36,740 bases of DNA from an uncultured Bacteriovoracaceae bacterium (lineage in GTDB: Bacteria > Bdellovibrionota > Bacteriovoracia > Bacteriovoracales > Bacteriovoracaceae), in contig CAXGUD010000036.1 in the NCBI GenBank assembly GCA_964012805.1, positions 1-36,740 on the forward strand. The letters run 5' to 3'. Below are positions 27,145 through 36,255 of this stretch, piece after piece. The translations under genes were made by a program, and so were the position numbers. Each line of letters starts with the position of its first letter. Position 1 is the stretch's first letter. Below the pieces are notes generated by a model. The model ran no database searches and had not been told where the DNA came from. It worked only from the letters and a program-made list of their open reading frames with translations.

Positions 27145-28734
27145 ATGATTTCAACATCCAATGTAGGGCTTAGCTTTGGCGGTCGTAAGCTATTTGAAGG
27201 CGTTAATATCAAGTTTTCTAATGGAAATTGCTATGGGCTTATTGGTGCCAATGGAGCAGGAAAATCAACTTTCGTTAAACTCCTTTCCGGTGAGATCGAA
27301 CCACAAACTGGTAGTGTTGATATGCCTCCAAACCACAGGCTATCTTGCTTAAAACAGGATCACTTCGCTTTTGATGAATCCCCCGTTCTTGAAACAGTCC
27401 TTATGGGGAATCAAACGCTCTATAAAATTTTGCAGGAAAAAAATGCAATCTACCTCAAAGAAGACTTCTCTGATGAAGACGGACTGAGGGCCGCAGAACT
27501 TGAAGACAAATTCGCCGAACTTAATGGTTGGGAAGCTGAAAGTGAAGCAGGAATCCTTCTAGCAGGCCTTGGAATACATACAGATTCTCATAATAAGTTA
27601 ATGAAAGAATTAACTGGTAGTGAAAAAGTTAAGGTCCTACTTGCCCAGGCCCTCATAGGAAAACCTGATGTACTCCTGCTTGATGAACCGACCAACCACC
27701 TTGATATTAAGGCGATTGAATGGCTTGAGAACTTTCTTCTTGATTTTGAGAATACAGTTATAGTTGTTTCCCATGACCGTCACTTCTTGAACAAAGTCTG
27801 CACTCATACTGCTGATATCGACTTTGGAAAAATAACTATTTTTGCTGGAAACTACGATTTCTGGAGAAAATCCAGTGAAATAGCCCAGAGACTTAGGTCA
27901 AACGAAAATAAAAAAATGGAAGAAAAAGTTAAGGAACTTAAATCTTTTATCCAGCGTTTCAGTGCTAATGCCTCTAAGTCTAAACAAGCTACGGCAAGAA
28001 AAAACCAGCTAGAGAAACTTGAACTTAACGACCTTCCTGTTTCAACTAGAAAATACCCCTATGTCCACTTCAAACCTAATAGAGAAGCTGGAAAAGACAT
28101 GCTTAAAGTTGAGGGGTTAACCAAGACAATTGATGGCGAAAAAATCCTAGACAACCTAAACTTTGAAATAAGAAAAGGTGATAAGGTTATTTTACTCGGG
28201 GCCAATGACCTGGCCAAAACGACTCTCTTTCAAATTCTAAACGGCGAAATGGAAGCTGATAGTGGATCCTTTTCATGGGGAGTCACAACAACAAGGTCCT
28301 ACTTCCCTACTGATAACTCTCACTACTTTGAGGATGGAAAATACAACCTAGTCGATTGGTTACGTCAATACTCCACAGATAAAGATGAATCCTTTATAAG
28401 AGGCTTCCTAGGAAAAATGCTTTTTTCTGGAGAAGAAGCTCTCAAAAAAACAAACGTCCTTTCTGGGGGGGAAAAAGTTCGGTGCATGCTCTCCAAAATG
28501 ATGCTCTCTGGAGCAAATGTCCTTATCTTTGATGGACCGACTAACCACCTTGACCTCGAAAGTATTACGGCCGTCAACGAAGGCCTCACAAACTTTAAAG
28601 GAACCATCCTTTTTACCAGTCACGACCACGAGTTTATTCAAACCGTTGCCAATAGAATCATTGATCTTAGCTCCCAAGGGTCAATCAAAGATGATAAATA
28701 TACAACGTATGATGAATACTTAGGTCTTCAATGA
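27145..28734 (+). CDS. ABC-F family ATP-binding protein (YbiT/YkpA-like)
   Basis: YGLIGANGAGKST, LKQDHF, DEPTNHLD, RFSANASKSKQAT; second NBD GANDLAKT/LSGGE/DGPTNHLD. Confidence 0.92.
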   Translation: MISTSNVGLSFGGRKLFEGVNIKFSNGNCYGLIGANGAGKSTFVKLLSGEIEPQTGSVDMPPNHRLSCLKQDHFAFDESPVLETVLMGNQTLYKILQEKNAIYLKEDFSDEDGLRAAELEDKFAELNGWEAESEAGILLAGLGIHTDSHNKLMKELTGSEKVKVLLAQALIGKPDVLLLDEPTNHLDIKAIEWLENFLLDFENTVIVVSHDRHFLNKVCTHTADIDFGKITIFAGNYDFWRKSSEIAQRLRSNENKKMEEKVKELKSFIQRFSANASKSKQATARKNQLEKLELNDLPVSTRKYPYVHFKPNREAGKDMLKVEGLTKTIDGEKILDNLNFEIRKGDKVILLGANDLAKTTLFQILNGEMEADSGSFSWGVTTTRSYFPTDNSHYFEDGKYNLVDWLRQYSTDKDESFIRGFLGKMLFSGEEALKKTNVLSGGEKVRCMLSKMMLSGANVLIFDGPTNHLDLESITAVNEGLTNFKGTILFTSHDHEFIQTVANRIIDLSSQGSIKDDKYTTYDEYLGLQ

Positions 28735-29921
28735 GTGAAATGAGCTTTGATGTTTTAATTGTTGGTGCTGGAGCTGCAGGCCTTATGGCAGCAGCGACAG
28801 CGGTAAAGCGGGGCCAAAAAGTGGCCCTTATTGACCACAACAAAGTACCAGGAAAAAAAATTCTTATTTCTGGGGGTGGCCGTTGTAACTTTACAAACCT
28901 CCATGAAGGTCCTCATTTCTATCAATCAAATGGTAAAAACTTTTTCAAAAAACCCCTCGCAAGCTATAGGCCGAAGCACTTTATAGAGCTTGTAAAAAAA
29001 CATAGAGTTCCATTTTATGAAAAAACTCTTGGCCAGCTTTTTTGCAAAAAAAGCTCTTCAAATATTCTCGAACTGCTTCTCAAAGAGTGTAACCTCGAAA
29101 CAGGAGAGAGCGTTTACAAATTTTTTGGGCAAAAAAACCTCTCGGTTTCATACGTTGAAGGTTTTTATGAGGTCAAAAACGAACATTCACTCTTCCGGGC
29201 CCAAAAACTTATTATTGCTACTGGAGGGCTCTCCCTTCCAAGTATTGGTGCCAGTGACTGGGGCCATCGAGTCGCCAAGCAGTTTGGACATACCTTAGTC
29301 GAACCAAGGCCAGTTCTTGTTCCATTTACATCTCTTACAATCACGAAACTTAATCTGAGAGGGCAATCCTTAAAGGCAAGCGTAAAAGTTGGAAAAAAAG
29401 TTGTCTCTGAAGATGTCCTTTTTACTCATAAAGGGCTTAGCGGTCCGGCCATTTTAAAAGCTTCTCTTTTCTGGAAAGCAGGAGACAAAGTTAGCATTAA
29501 CTGGATTCCAGAAGTCATAGAAGATGAATTAAAACAATCCTTTTTTCAATCGGGAACACAAGCAACTTTTGGCTCATTACTCAAAGAAAGGCTCCCAAAA
29601 AAATGCCTGGAAGCTTTTCTTAAAAGTATTGGGCTAACACCTAATAGAAAGGTGATCGAAACGTCCAAAAAAGAGCGTCAAAAAGTTTTGGAAATGCTTT
29701 TTAGATATACCTTTACCCCTGATGGAACAGAGGGTTTTAGAAAAGCGGAAGCAACTGCAGGTGGTGTTGAAACTAAAGAAATTTGCCCTCATACAATGGA
29801 AAGTCATCTTCAAAAGGGGCTTTATTTCGTGGGTGAAGTTTTAGACGTTACAGGTCAATTAGGTGGTCATAATTTTCAATGGGCTTGGGCAAGTGGTACC
29901 GTCGCAGGACAAAGCGTTTAA
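28731..29921 (+). CDS. HI0933/BaiN-family FAD-dependent oxidoreductase
   Basis: GAGAAG, GKKILISGGGRCNFTN, ATGGLS, LFTHKGLSGP, GEVLDVTGQLGGHNFQWAWASG. Confidence 0.93.
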   Translation: MSEMSFDVLIVGAGAAGLMAAATAVKRGQKVALIDHNKVPGKKILISGGGRCNFTNLHEGPHFYQSNGKNFFKKPLASYRPKHFIELVKKHRVPFYEKTLGQLFCKKSSSNILELLLKECNLETGESVYKFFGQKNLSVSYVEGFYEVKNEHSLFRAQKLIIATGGLSLPSIGASDWGHRVAKQFGHTLVEPRPVLVPFTSLTITKLNLRGQSLKASVKVGKKVVSEDVLFTHKGLSGPAILKASLFWKAGDKVSINWIPEVIEDELKQSFFQSGTQATFGSLLKERLPKKCLEAFLKSIGLTPNRKVIETSKKERQKVLEMLFRYTFTPDGTEGFRKAEATAGGVETKEICPHTMESHLQKGLYFVGEVLDVTGQLGGHNFQWAWASGTVAGQSV

Positions 29922-29939
29922 ATACTTCCTCAATATTTT

Positions 29940-30149
29940 TTACTCATTTAACTCGTTATAAAGCATACCGCAATTTGTACATTCATAAGGACCATAGGGC
30001 TCTTCATCGGTATAGCTTCTTTTAACCTCTTTATGCTCCTTTAGAAATTTGTTAGAACCATTTACAATAACAATAATGTGCTTTCTGAGGTTGCAATAAA
30101 ATTCTTCACATCCACATTTCGACCAACGAAAACTCTTCGCCTCACTCAT
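29940..30149 (-). CDS. Small Cys-containing, zinc-ribbon-like protein
   Basis: KCGC...PYGPYECTNCG; ATG overlaps the upstream TGA and follows AGGTG. Confidence 0.65.
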   Translation of the reverse strand: MSEAKSFRWSKCGCEEFYCNLRKHIIVIVNGSNKFLKEHKEVKRSYTDEEPYGPYECTNCGMLYNELNE

Positions 30150-30793
30150 ACACCTATTTCCTTTTTCTTAATATGGTTAAAAACGGCCATTACTAGAAAT
30201 ATAATACCTACATGCATTAGGCTGTTTCCATTTAAAACAATACTAAGGTCTCGACCAAAAAGCCTATTCATAACAGTTGTTAGATAGAAAAAAGAAGCTA
30301 GACCAAGAAAATAAAACTTTTTATTTTTAAAGTTATAAATAAACCCGATAAAAAGGTAGCAAACTGGTAAAAGGCTACTTATAAGAAAGATGACAATTTC
30401 AGCATCTTTGAAATACTCCTTTACGTGTTGGATATTGTATTGAAGGACTATGAATAAAGCTGCTTTTATCTTACAAAACAATTTCCATCCATAGAGGACC
30501 TTTTCAGAGGACGAAAAAATTTTAACTGCGATTGAGGTGTAAAAAAAACTCATAATCACCGTCGTATAAAGAATCAAATCCCACAATAGCTGAGTTTCTA
30601 GAACTGTTTTTCCAGTACTTCTAAGATAGTGATACAAAAAGCCCATGAAAGTTGTGAGAATTCCTAGAGGCGCAAAAGAGTTAAAATCTTTTTTGTGATA
30701 CTCATCCACCTCTTTCCCTTTAAAAAAGACGGTGATAAAACAAATGCACATAAAGATATTTGTAATTGAAACAATTAACTCTTTTTCTTCCAC
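30146..30793 (-). CDS. Integral membrane protein (about 7 TM)
   Basis: Alternating hydrophobic segments with His in GFLYHY and SLMHVG; GTG overlaps the upstream TAG. Confidence 0.75.
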   Translation of the reverse strand: MEEKELIVSITNIFMCICFITVFFKGKEVDEYHKKDFNSFAPLGILTTFMGFLYHYLRSTGKTVLETQLLWDLILYTTVIMSFFYTSIAVKIFSSSEKVLYGWKLFCKIKAALFIVLQYNIQHVKEYFKDAEIVIFLISSLLPVCYLFIGFIYNFKNKKFYFLGLASFFYLTTVMNRLFGRDLSIVLNGNSLMHVGIIFLVMAVFNHIKKKEIGV

Positions 30794-31323
30794 TAACTTG
30801 CCTCTTTTGGGAAAAGTGGAGGGAAAAGAATATTACTTCCACTAGAGCTCAAATCCATATAATGGGGCGCTCTTTCTTTTAAGTTATTAGTATATTTTAA
30901 AAGGTCACTAACAAGAAAACCGGCAACAACTGAATGATTATTCAAAATGTCCTGGAATAGCTCAAAGGCCCTTTCCAAATGTCCTTCAAATGCCTTCTCC
31001 AACTTTAAACGGGCCTTTACTCCAGCCGCTCCAAGTTTAATAAGTCCTTTTAAAAGATCTGCAATAAAACCTTTACGTCCAGCTTTGTTCCATAGGGCCT
31101 CAAAACCGACATGACTCTCCCAATAAAAACCAAAATTATAGAGGTCAAGGGAAAAGAGGTACTCTTCTGACCTGAATGGAAATTCACTATCAAGAGGCAA
31201 AGGTTCAACTTCGCTAACCCCAAAAGAATGCCCTCCCTCTTTATTGGGATGTGGGTTATGACCTGGCAAAAAGGCATAATCAGGAAAAGGCTTCTCCGGT
31301 AACAAACGCCGAATTTGATTCAG
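30793..31323 (-). CDS. DUF309 domain protein
   Basis: FPDYAFLPGHNPHP; LYNFGFYWESHVGFEALW...LKGLI. Track start is TTG 31305; an in-frame CTG at 31323 carries the strong RBS. Confidence 0.85.
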   Translation of the reverse strand: MNQIRRLLPEKPFPDYAFLPGHNPHPNKEGGHSFGVSEVEPLPLDSEFPFRSEEYLFSLDLYNFGFYWESHVGFEALWNKAGRKGFIADLLKGLIKLGAAGVKARLKLEKAFEGHLERAFELFQDILNNHSVVAGFLVSDLLKYTNNLKERAPHYMDLSSSGSNILFPPLFPKEAS

Positions 31324-31454
31324 TTCTTACTCCTCTTTTGACCTTTGAATGAACTGAGATTAGTATACCAAAAAAAAAAATTCCTTTAAATGGAGTCCTT
31401 ACTCAAAAATCATATAGTTTTCCACAAATATAGAAATAAGGTAGATTAAACATC

Positions 31455-32756
31455 ATGAATGAATTGGCCAAAGAATTGAACGGAATCCTTGAAAAGTCCT
31501 CTCCAGCGATACTTTCTATGCTTTCTGACTACGGAAAAAAGATCTACTTTCCTAAAGGAATTATAAGCCAGACGGCCGAAGCCAAAGAAAAGGCAACCAG
31601 ATTTAACGCCACAATCGGGATTGCAAAGGACAAAAATGGTCCACTTTTTCTTGACTCTATACAGAACTTTTTTAAAGAAGACCTCCCCCCTGGTGACCTC
31701 TACCCCTATGCTCCATCCCCTGGTAGACAAGACCTTCGTCAGCTTTGGGCCAAAAGACAAAGATTATTAAACCCCCTCCTCAAAGAAGCCTCTCTATCTT
31801 TACCTATTGTAACAAGTGGCCTTACTCATGGTCTCTCTCTGATTGGAGACTTATTTCTAAACGCTGGGGATACCATTTTAACCCCAGATAAAATTTGGGG
31901 AAATTATAGACTCATGTGGGGTGTAAAAAATGAGGCCACTTTTAGCACATTTTCTCTTTATAACGATAACCTAGGTTTTAACCTCAAAGGCCTCGAAAAT
32001 AGTTTAAAAGAAAGGGAGGGTCAAAAAACTCTTCTTGTCCTCAACTTTCCAAATAACCCAACGGGTTATAGTCCAAGTAAAGGAGAGGCCCTCGAGATTA
32101 GGGATATTCTAAAAAATGCATGCGAAAAAGGAAGCACTTTGACAGTTCTCTGTGACGATGCTTATTTTGGAATGAACTACGAGGAAGACTGTTTCACAGA
32201 AGGACTTTTTGGCCTTCTCCAAGACCTTCATCAAAACCTTTTGGCCGTAAAAATAGATGGCCCGACAAAAGAGCTTTTTGTATGGGGTTTTCGAGTGGGC
32301 TTTTTAACTTTCGGAATTAAAGGTGGTACAAAAGAAGCTTATGAAGCCCTTTCAAAAAAAGTGGGAGGGGCCATTCGTGGAGGAATATCAAATGTTACTC
32401 ATGTAGGTCAAACCCTTCTCCTTAAGGCCCTTCAAGACGAAAAACTTGAAACACAGATCCAAAACAAGGTTAAAATACTTAAAGAGAGGTATACCGAAGT
32501 TAAAAAGTATGTCTCTTTGGATAAATATGCAGACCTTTGGGAAGCTTATCCCTACAACTCAGGCTACTTTATGTGCCTTAAAGTTAAAGAGGTTCAAGCG
32601 GAGGATTTAAGAATTCACCTTCTTGAACAATATAATATTGGAACCATAGCCTTAGGTAACCACGATTTAAGGATCGCTTTTAGCTCACTGTCTAAAAGTG
32701 ATATCAAAGAATTTTTTGAGTGTGTTGCTAAAGCAATTGAAAACCTTAAAAAATAA
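31455..32756 (+). CDS. PLP-dependent aminotransferase class I/II
   Basis: NATIG, NFPNNPTGY, DDAYFG, KIDGPTKELFVWGFRVGF, LRIAFS. Confidence 0.92.
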   Translation: MNELAKELNGILEKSSPAILSMLSDYGKKIYFPKGIISQTAEAKEKATRFNATIGIAKDKNGPLFLDSIQNFFKEDLPPGDLYPYAPSPGRQDLRQLWAKRQRLLNPLLKEASLSLPIVTSGLTHGLSLIGDLFLNAGDTILTPDKIWGNYRLMWGVKNEATFSTFSLYNDNLGFNLKGLENSLKEREGQKTLLVLNFPNNPTGYSPSKGEALEIRDILKNACEKGSTLTVLCDDAYFGMNYEEDCFTEGLFGLLQDLHQNLLAVKIDGPTKELFVWGFRVGFLTFGIKGGTKEAYEALSKKVGGAIRGGISNVTHVGQTLLLKALQDEKLETQIQNKVKILKERYTEVKKYVSLDKYADLWEAYPYNSGYFMCLKVKEVQAEDLRIHLLEQYNIGTIALGNHDLRIAFSSLSKSDIKEFFECVAKAIENLKK

Positions 32757-32766
32757 ATAAAAACCC

Positions 32767-32794
32767 AAAAGCAGGAAGCCGGCTTCCTGCTTTT
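32767..32794. terminator. Bidirectional intrinsic terminator (perfect 28-bp palindrome)
   Basis: AAAAGCAGGAAGCC|GGCTTCCTGCTTTT between convergent genes. Confidence 0.85.
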
Positions 32795-35700
32795 ATTTTT
32801 CTCTTGTCCAGACTCTTCTATTTCTTTTATAAATTTCCCTTAGCCTATAATCTTTATTCGTTGGAAACCCTCCTCTATTGTCCAAAGAGAAGATAAGACC
32901 TTCTTCCCCCATTTTTACCAAGTTAAAATACTTTAAAGGTCCCTGGGGAGAATTTTTCAAATCGAAGTCCAAGTAATAAGCTTCTTTATCTTTGACTCGA
33001 TCCTTTGCTTCTGGAATTATAACCTTAAAACTTCCTTCACTCATTTTAAATTTTTCAACTCCTCTTTTCGCGCCCTCACAATTTTTGGACCCCGGTTTTA
33101 AATTGATACTGAAATACTTTACAGTAAGGTTGGAGTTCGGGAGGATACTCCAAACAGAAAGCAATTTCATGTTTCTATAACAGTCTTCCCATTGACCAAG
33201 GAGACTTCTTTTAATCTTAACTATTGGATCTTTAAGAGTCTCCTCAATAAGTTTTTTTATCGACTTATTTTGATATCTGTCAGCAAACTTTTGTGCTGAC
33301 CATCCTTTGCTATTTTCAACCGTTGGATCACCTCCGCTTTCGATTAGAAACTTAATGAGATCTTTATAGTCTTTAGTTTTTCCTTTAATAACGGCCATAG
33401 ATAAGACGGTGTTACCAAACCTATTTTTTAAATTGGGAGAAGCTCCCTTACTCACAAGTTCTTTTATTTTTTTTGGATTCCAATTAGTGTGATCAATATA
33501 TTTTTTTAGGTCCTTATTTAGTGGAGAGGAACTTGCTTTCTGATCCTTACTTTTACTTTTATTTAAAGTATTCATCAGATTGCTAACTGCTTTTATTTTA
33601 CCTTTCCTTTTATCAATCAGTTTTCCTAATTTGAACTCTTTTAAGCAGGTTGGACAAGCCAGTTTAACTGTAAAAGATTCTGAGAACTCTCCTGCTATGT
33701 TTGTCATTTTTATAGAAAACATACATGATTGAAATGTTTTTGGTACTTTCCCGAACTTAATATAACCTGTAGGTCCACCTCGATAATCGATTAAGCTTTC
33801 ACCTTTACTCTTACTTAAAAATATCCATGCTCCATTTTGGCCAAGTCCATAACATTTATCTAATTCTTTTAGATTAGGCTGCAGCTCAAATTTTAGCCTT
33901 TTCCATTTGGCCTTTTTAACCTTAAAAGAAAGGGTATTAAGAGATTCGCCTGGTTTTAAGTTCAAAAGGCTTATCTCTTGTAAAACTTTATTTTTATTAA
34001 TGTCCTTGATCTCAAGCTCTATTGTAGGTAGGTTCTTTTTTTCGCTGGTTAATAAAACCCGCCGAACTTTAGATTGAATTTTTTTTGGCTTTTTAATTGA
34101 ATAAGCATAAATAGAAGCTTCACACTTATCAAATTTATCCGGTACTCTTCCAAAAATTTTTAACCCCTTAACTCTTAGATTGAGAGGTTTACAATCTTTA
34201 TCAATATCCTTAAATTCGAGGGCCCAACCGGTACGCCAACCAACTTGCCTACCATATTGAAAACTTGAATTTAAATCGATTTCTATATAATCACCCTTTT
34301 TCAAATCCGTCTTTTCAATATTATCATCACCTAACCATTGGATCATTTCTTCAACGTTAGCGCTTACTTCTTTTTCTTTTCGAGGCTTTTTTTCTGGAAA
34401 CTTTCTTTTTTCTTTAGCGTATATTTTATCCTGGCACTTGTTTATATTTACTTCAACACTATTGGCATTATTTGGTGACTCACTCACACAATGCTCAAAT
34501 TCTTCAAACATTCTGTTACACCATTTATTTCCCTCTTTTATCTGATCTTCTGTTAGCTTATCTGTTTTCTCTTCAAACCTTTTAAGACACTTATTAAACC
34601 AACTATCCTTTTCTATTTCCAGCTCTGGAACTTCTTCAACACTCACGGTCTCTTCAGCTTTTTGTTCACACTTTTTTTGAGCTGCTGCCAAAATAAATTT
34701 TTTGTTTTCTTTCTTTTCTTCTTTTATACAATTTGAAAATGTGACCCAGTCATCCTCACACACATTTTTTGAACCTTGCTTTCCTTTAGCTTCTCTAATA
34801 CACTTATCTTTCCACTCTTTTTCATTAATCCCATCATCACTTTTTACCTCATTGGATTTACTTTCTTTAGCTATTTTATTTTCCGTTTTTTCTTCTTTTT
34901 TAGGTGAAATAATTTTCCTTAAGGCCTCTCTCTCCTCTCCTCGCCACTCATCAAAAACCTTTCTAGCCGAATAACCTCTTTTATTTTTTCTATCAGGGTC
35001 TCCCCCTCTTTCTAAGACGATCTCAAGAAGCTCAAAAAGCTTTTCCTTATTGCTATCAAAAACACCCTCTCTATCCCTCTTTAAATTCCTCATTAGAAAA
35101 GCTAGTTGAAGCAACAGGGAGTTATCAAAATTGTTTGAGATTTTAACAGAAGCATTTTCCTTAACAATAAGTGTTTTAATATAATCGACTTTTCCTACTT
35201 TAAATTTACTGGGACTGATTACCTCTCTTAAATCATCTTCGACCTTATTACTATTTTTCAATCTCTCCAGGGCCTCTTCCTTTTTTTCTTTTTCTTCACT
35301 TGTCAAAGCTTTATCTGACTTATTTTCAGATGGTAATGACTTTGTCCTGGCCGAATTCACTAAAGATCTAATTCTTCGAAACTCACTTTTTCTGGCAAGC
35401 TCTAAAGGGGAAACTCCCTCTATGTCTTTATCATTAACCCTTGCCCCCTTTTTGATCAACTCCATAACAATTCCAACATAATCATATTTTATGGCGTAAT
35501 AAAGCGCTGACCTTTGATAAACATCCTTGTGGTTTACGCTGGCTCCTTTTTGAATAAGAAGTGTATTGATTTCACTTCCTCCCGCAATTGTTGAGATAAT
35601 CAAAGGAGTTCGGTTTTCAAACTCATCAGGTACATTTACATCTGCTCCATAACTTAAAAGAACAGTTATTGTATTTATATGCCTTCCTTTTGCGGCCTCA

Positions 35701-35939
35701 TTTAAAGGCGTCGTGCCCTCTGATCTTGCACTTACAACTCTTGCCGCACTTGCCGCATTCATAAAACCTAAGTGATACCGCAATTTATAACTATTTCCCT
35801 CTTTTGAAGCGTTCATAACACTTTTATGCTTTTTCCTTTCACGAGAACTCAAGCTATCGGCTTCAATACTTTGGCTTTGCGGAAAGACATCATGACCTAA
35901 TAAAAAGAAAGAAAGTAATGAATATAGCCAAAATCTCAT
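32793..35939 (-). CDS. 1048-aa secreted mosaic ankyrin-repeat protein
   Basis: Signal peptide; ankyrins GTTPLNEAAKGRH, RTPLIIS, RSALYYA, GVSPLELA and later GNTVLSMA; duplicated Cys modules; GAGGT RBS. Confidence 0.88.
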   Translation of the reverse strand: MRFWLYSLLSFFLLGHDVFPQSQSIEADSLSSRERKKHKSVMNASKEGNSYKLRYHLGFMNAASAARVVSARSEGTTPLNEAAKGRHINTITVLLSYGADVNVPDEFENRTPLIISTIAGGSEINTLLIQKGASVNHKDVYQRSALYYAIKYDYVGIVMELIKKGARVNDKDIEGVSPLELARKSEFRRIRSLVNSARTKSLPSENKSDKALTSEEKEKKEEALERLKNSNKVEDDLREVISPSKFKVGKVDYIKTLIVKENASVKISNNFDNSLLLQLAFLMRNLKRDREGVFDSNKEKLFELLEIVLERGGDPDRKNKRGYSARKVFDEWRGEEREALRKIISPKKEEKTENKIAKESKSNEVKSDDGINEKEWKDKCIREAKGKQGSKNVCEDDWVTFSNCIKEEKKENKKFILAAAQKKCEQKAEETVSVEEVPELEIEKDSWFNKCLKRFEEKTDKLTEDQIKEGNKWCNRMFEEFEHCVSESPNNANSVEVNINKCQDKIYAKEKRKFPEKKPRKEKEVSANVEEMIQWLGDDNIEKTDLKKGDYIEIDLNSSFQYGRQVGWRTGWALEFKDIDKDCKPLNLRVKGLKIFGRVPDKFDKCEASIYAYSIKKPKKIQSKVRRVLLTSEKKNLPTIELEIKDINKNKVLQEISLLNLKPGESLNTLSFKVKKAKWKRLKFELQPNLKELDKCYGLGQNGAWIFLSKSKGESLIDYRGGPTGYIKFGKVPKTFQSCMFSIKMTNIAGEFSESFTVKLACPTCLKEFKLGKLIDKRKGKIKAVSNLMNTLNKSKSKDQKASSSPLNKDLKKYIDHTNWNPKKIKELVSKGASPNLKNRFGNTVLSMAVIKGKTKDYKDLIKFLIESGGDPTVENSKGWSAQKFADRYQNKSIKKLIEETLKDPIVKIKRSLLGQWEDCYRNMKLLSVWSILPNSNLTVKYFSINLKPGSKNCEGAKRGVEKFKMSEGSFKVIIPEAKDRVKDKEAYYLDFDLKNSPQGPLKYFNLVKMGEEGLIFSLDNRGGFPTNKDYRLREIYKRNRRVWTREK

Positions 35940-35974
35940 GAATAAACCTCATTAAAAAAAAATTATCGTTTAAT

Positions 35975-36001
35975 TAGTCGGCAGAAATAGTCCTTTTTTT
36001 A
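35975..36001 (-). promoter_or_regulatory. Putative sigma-28 (FliA) promoter
   Basis: Minus strand TAAA-N15-GCCGACTA, 35 nt upstream of the ATG at 35939. Confidence 0.6.
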
Positions 36002-36255
36002 AGGCAAAAATAGTGGGTCGAGGACCTTATATTTTTGAACAAATAAACTCTATTTCTTATTGAAATCTGTAATTTTTAACAAGTTCACTTTTAAAAATTC
36101 GTTCAAGACTTAATTTATGGAAGCATAAAGCAGCTTATTGATAAGAATTTTATTTCAACAACGATTTTTTTCACCAATTTGGATCAAATCTGTTGACCTG
36201 CCCAACCAGACTGGCTATCTACAAGACTTGTTGAAATTAAAATCAACCGAGGAGA

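Noticed and set aside
26219..34974. Other short ORFs nested in or antisense to long genes (e.g. 26219..26470, 28365..28607, 29017..29298, 31446..31760, 34702..34974)
   Set aside because: They overlap well-supported genes and have no recognisable motifs.
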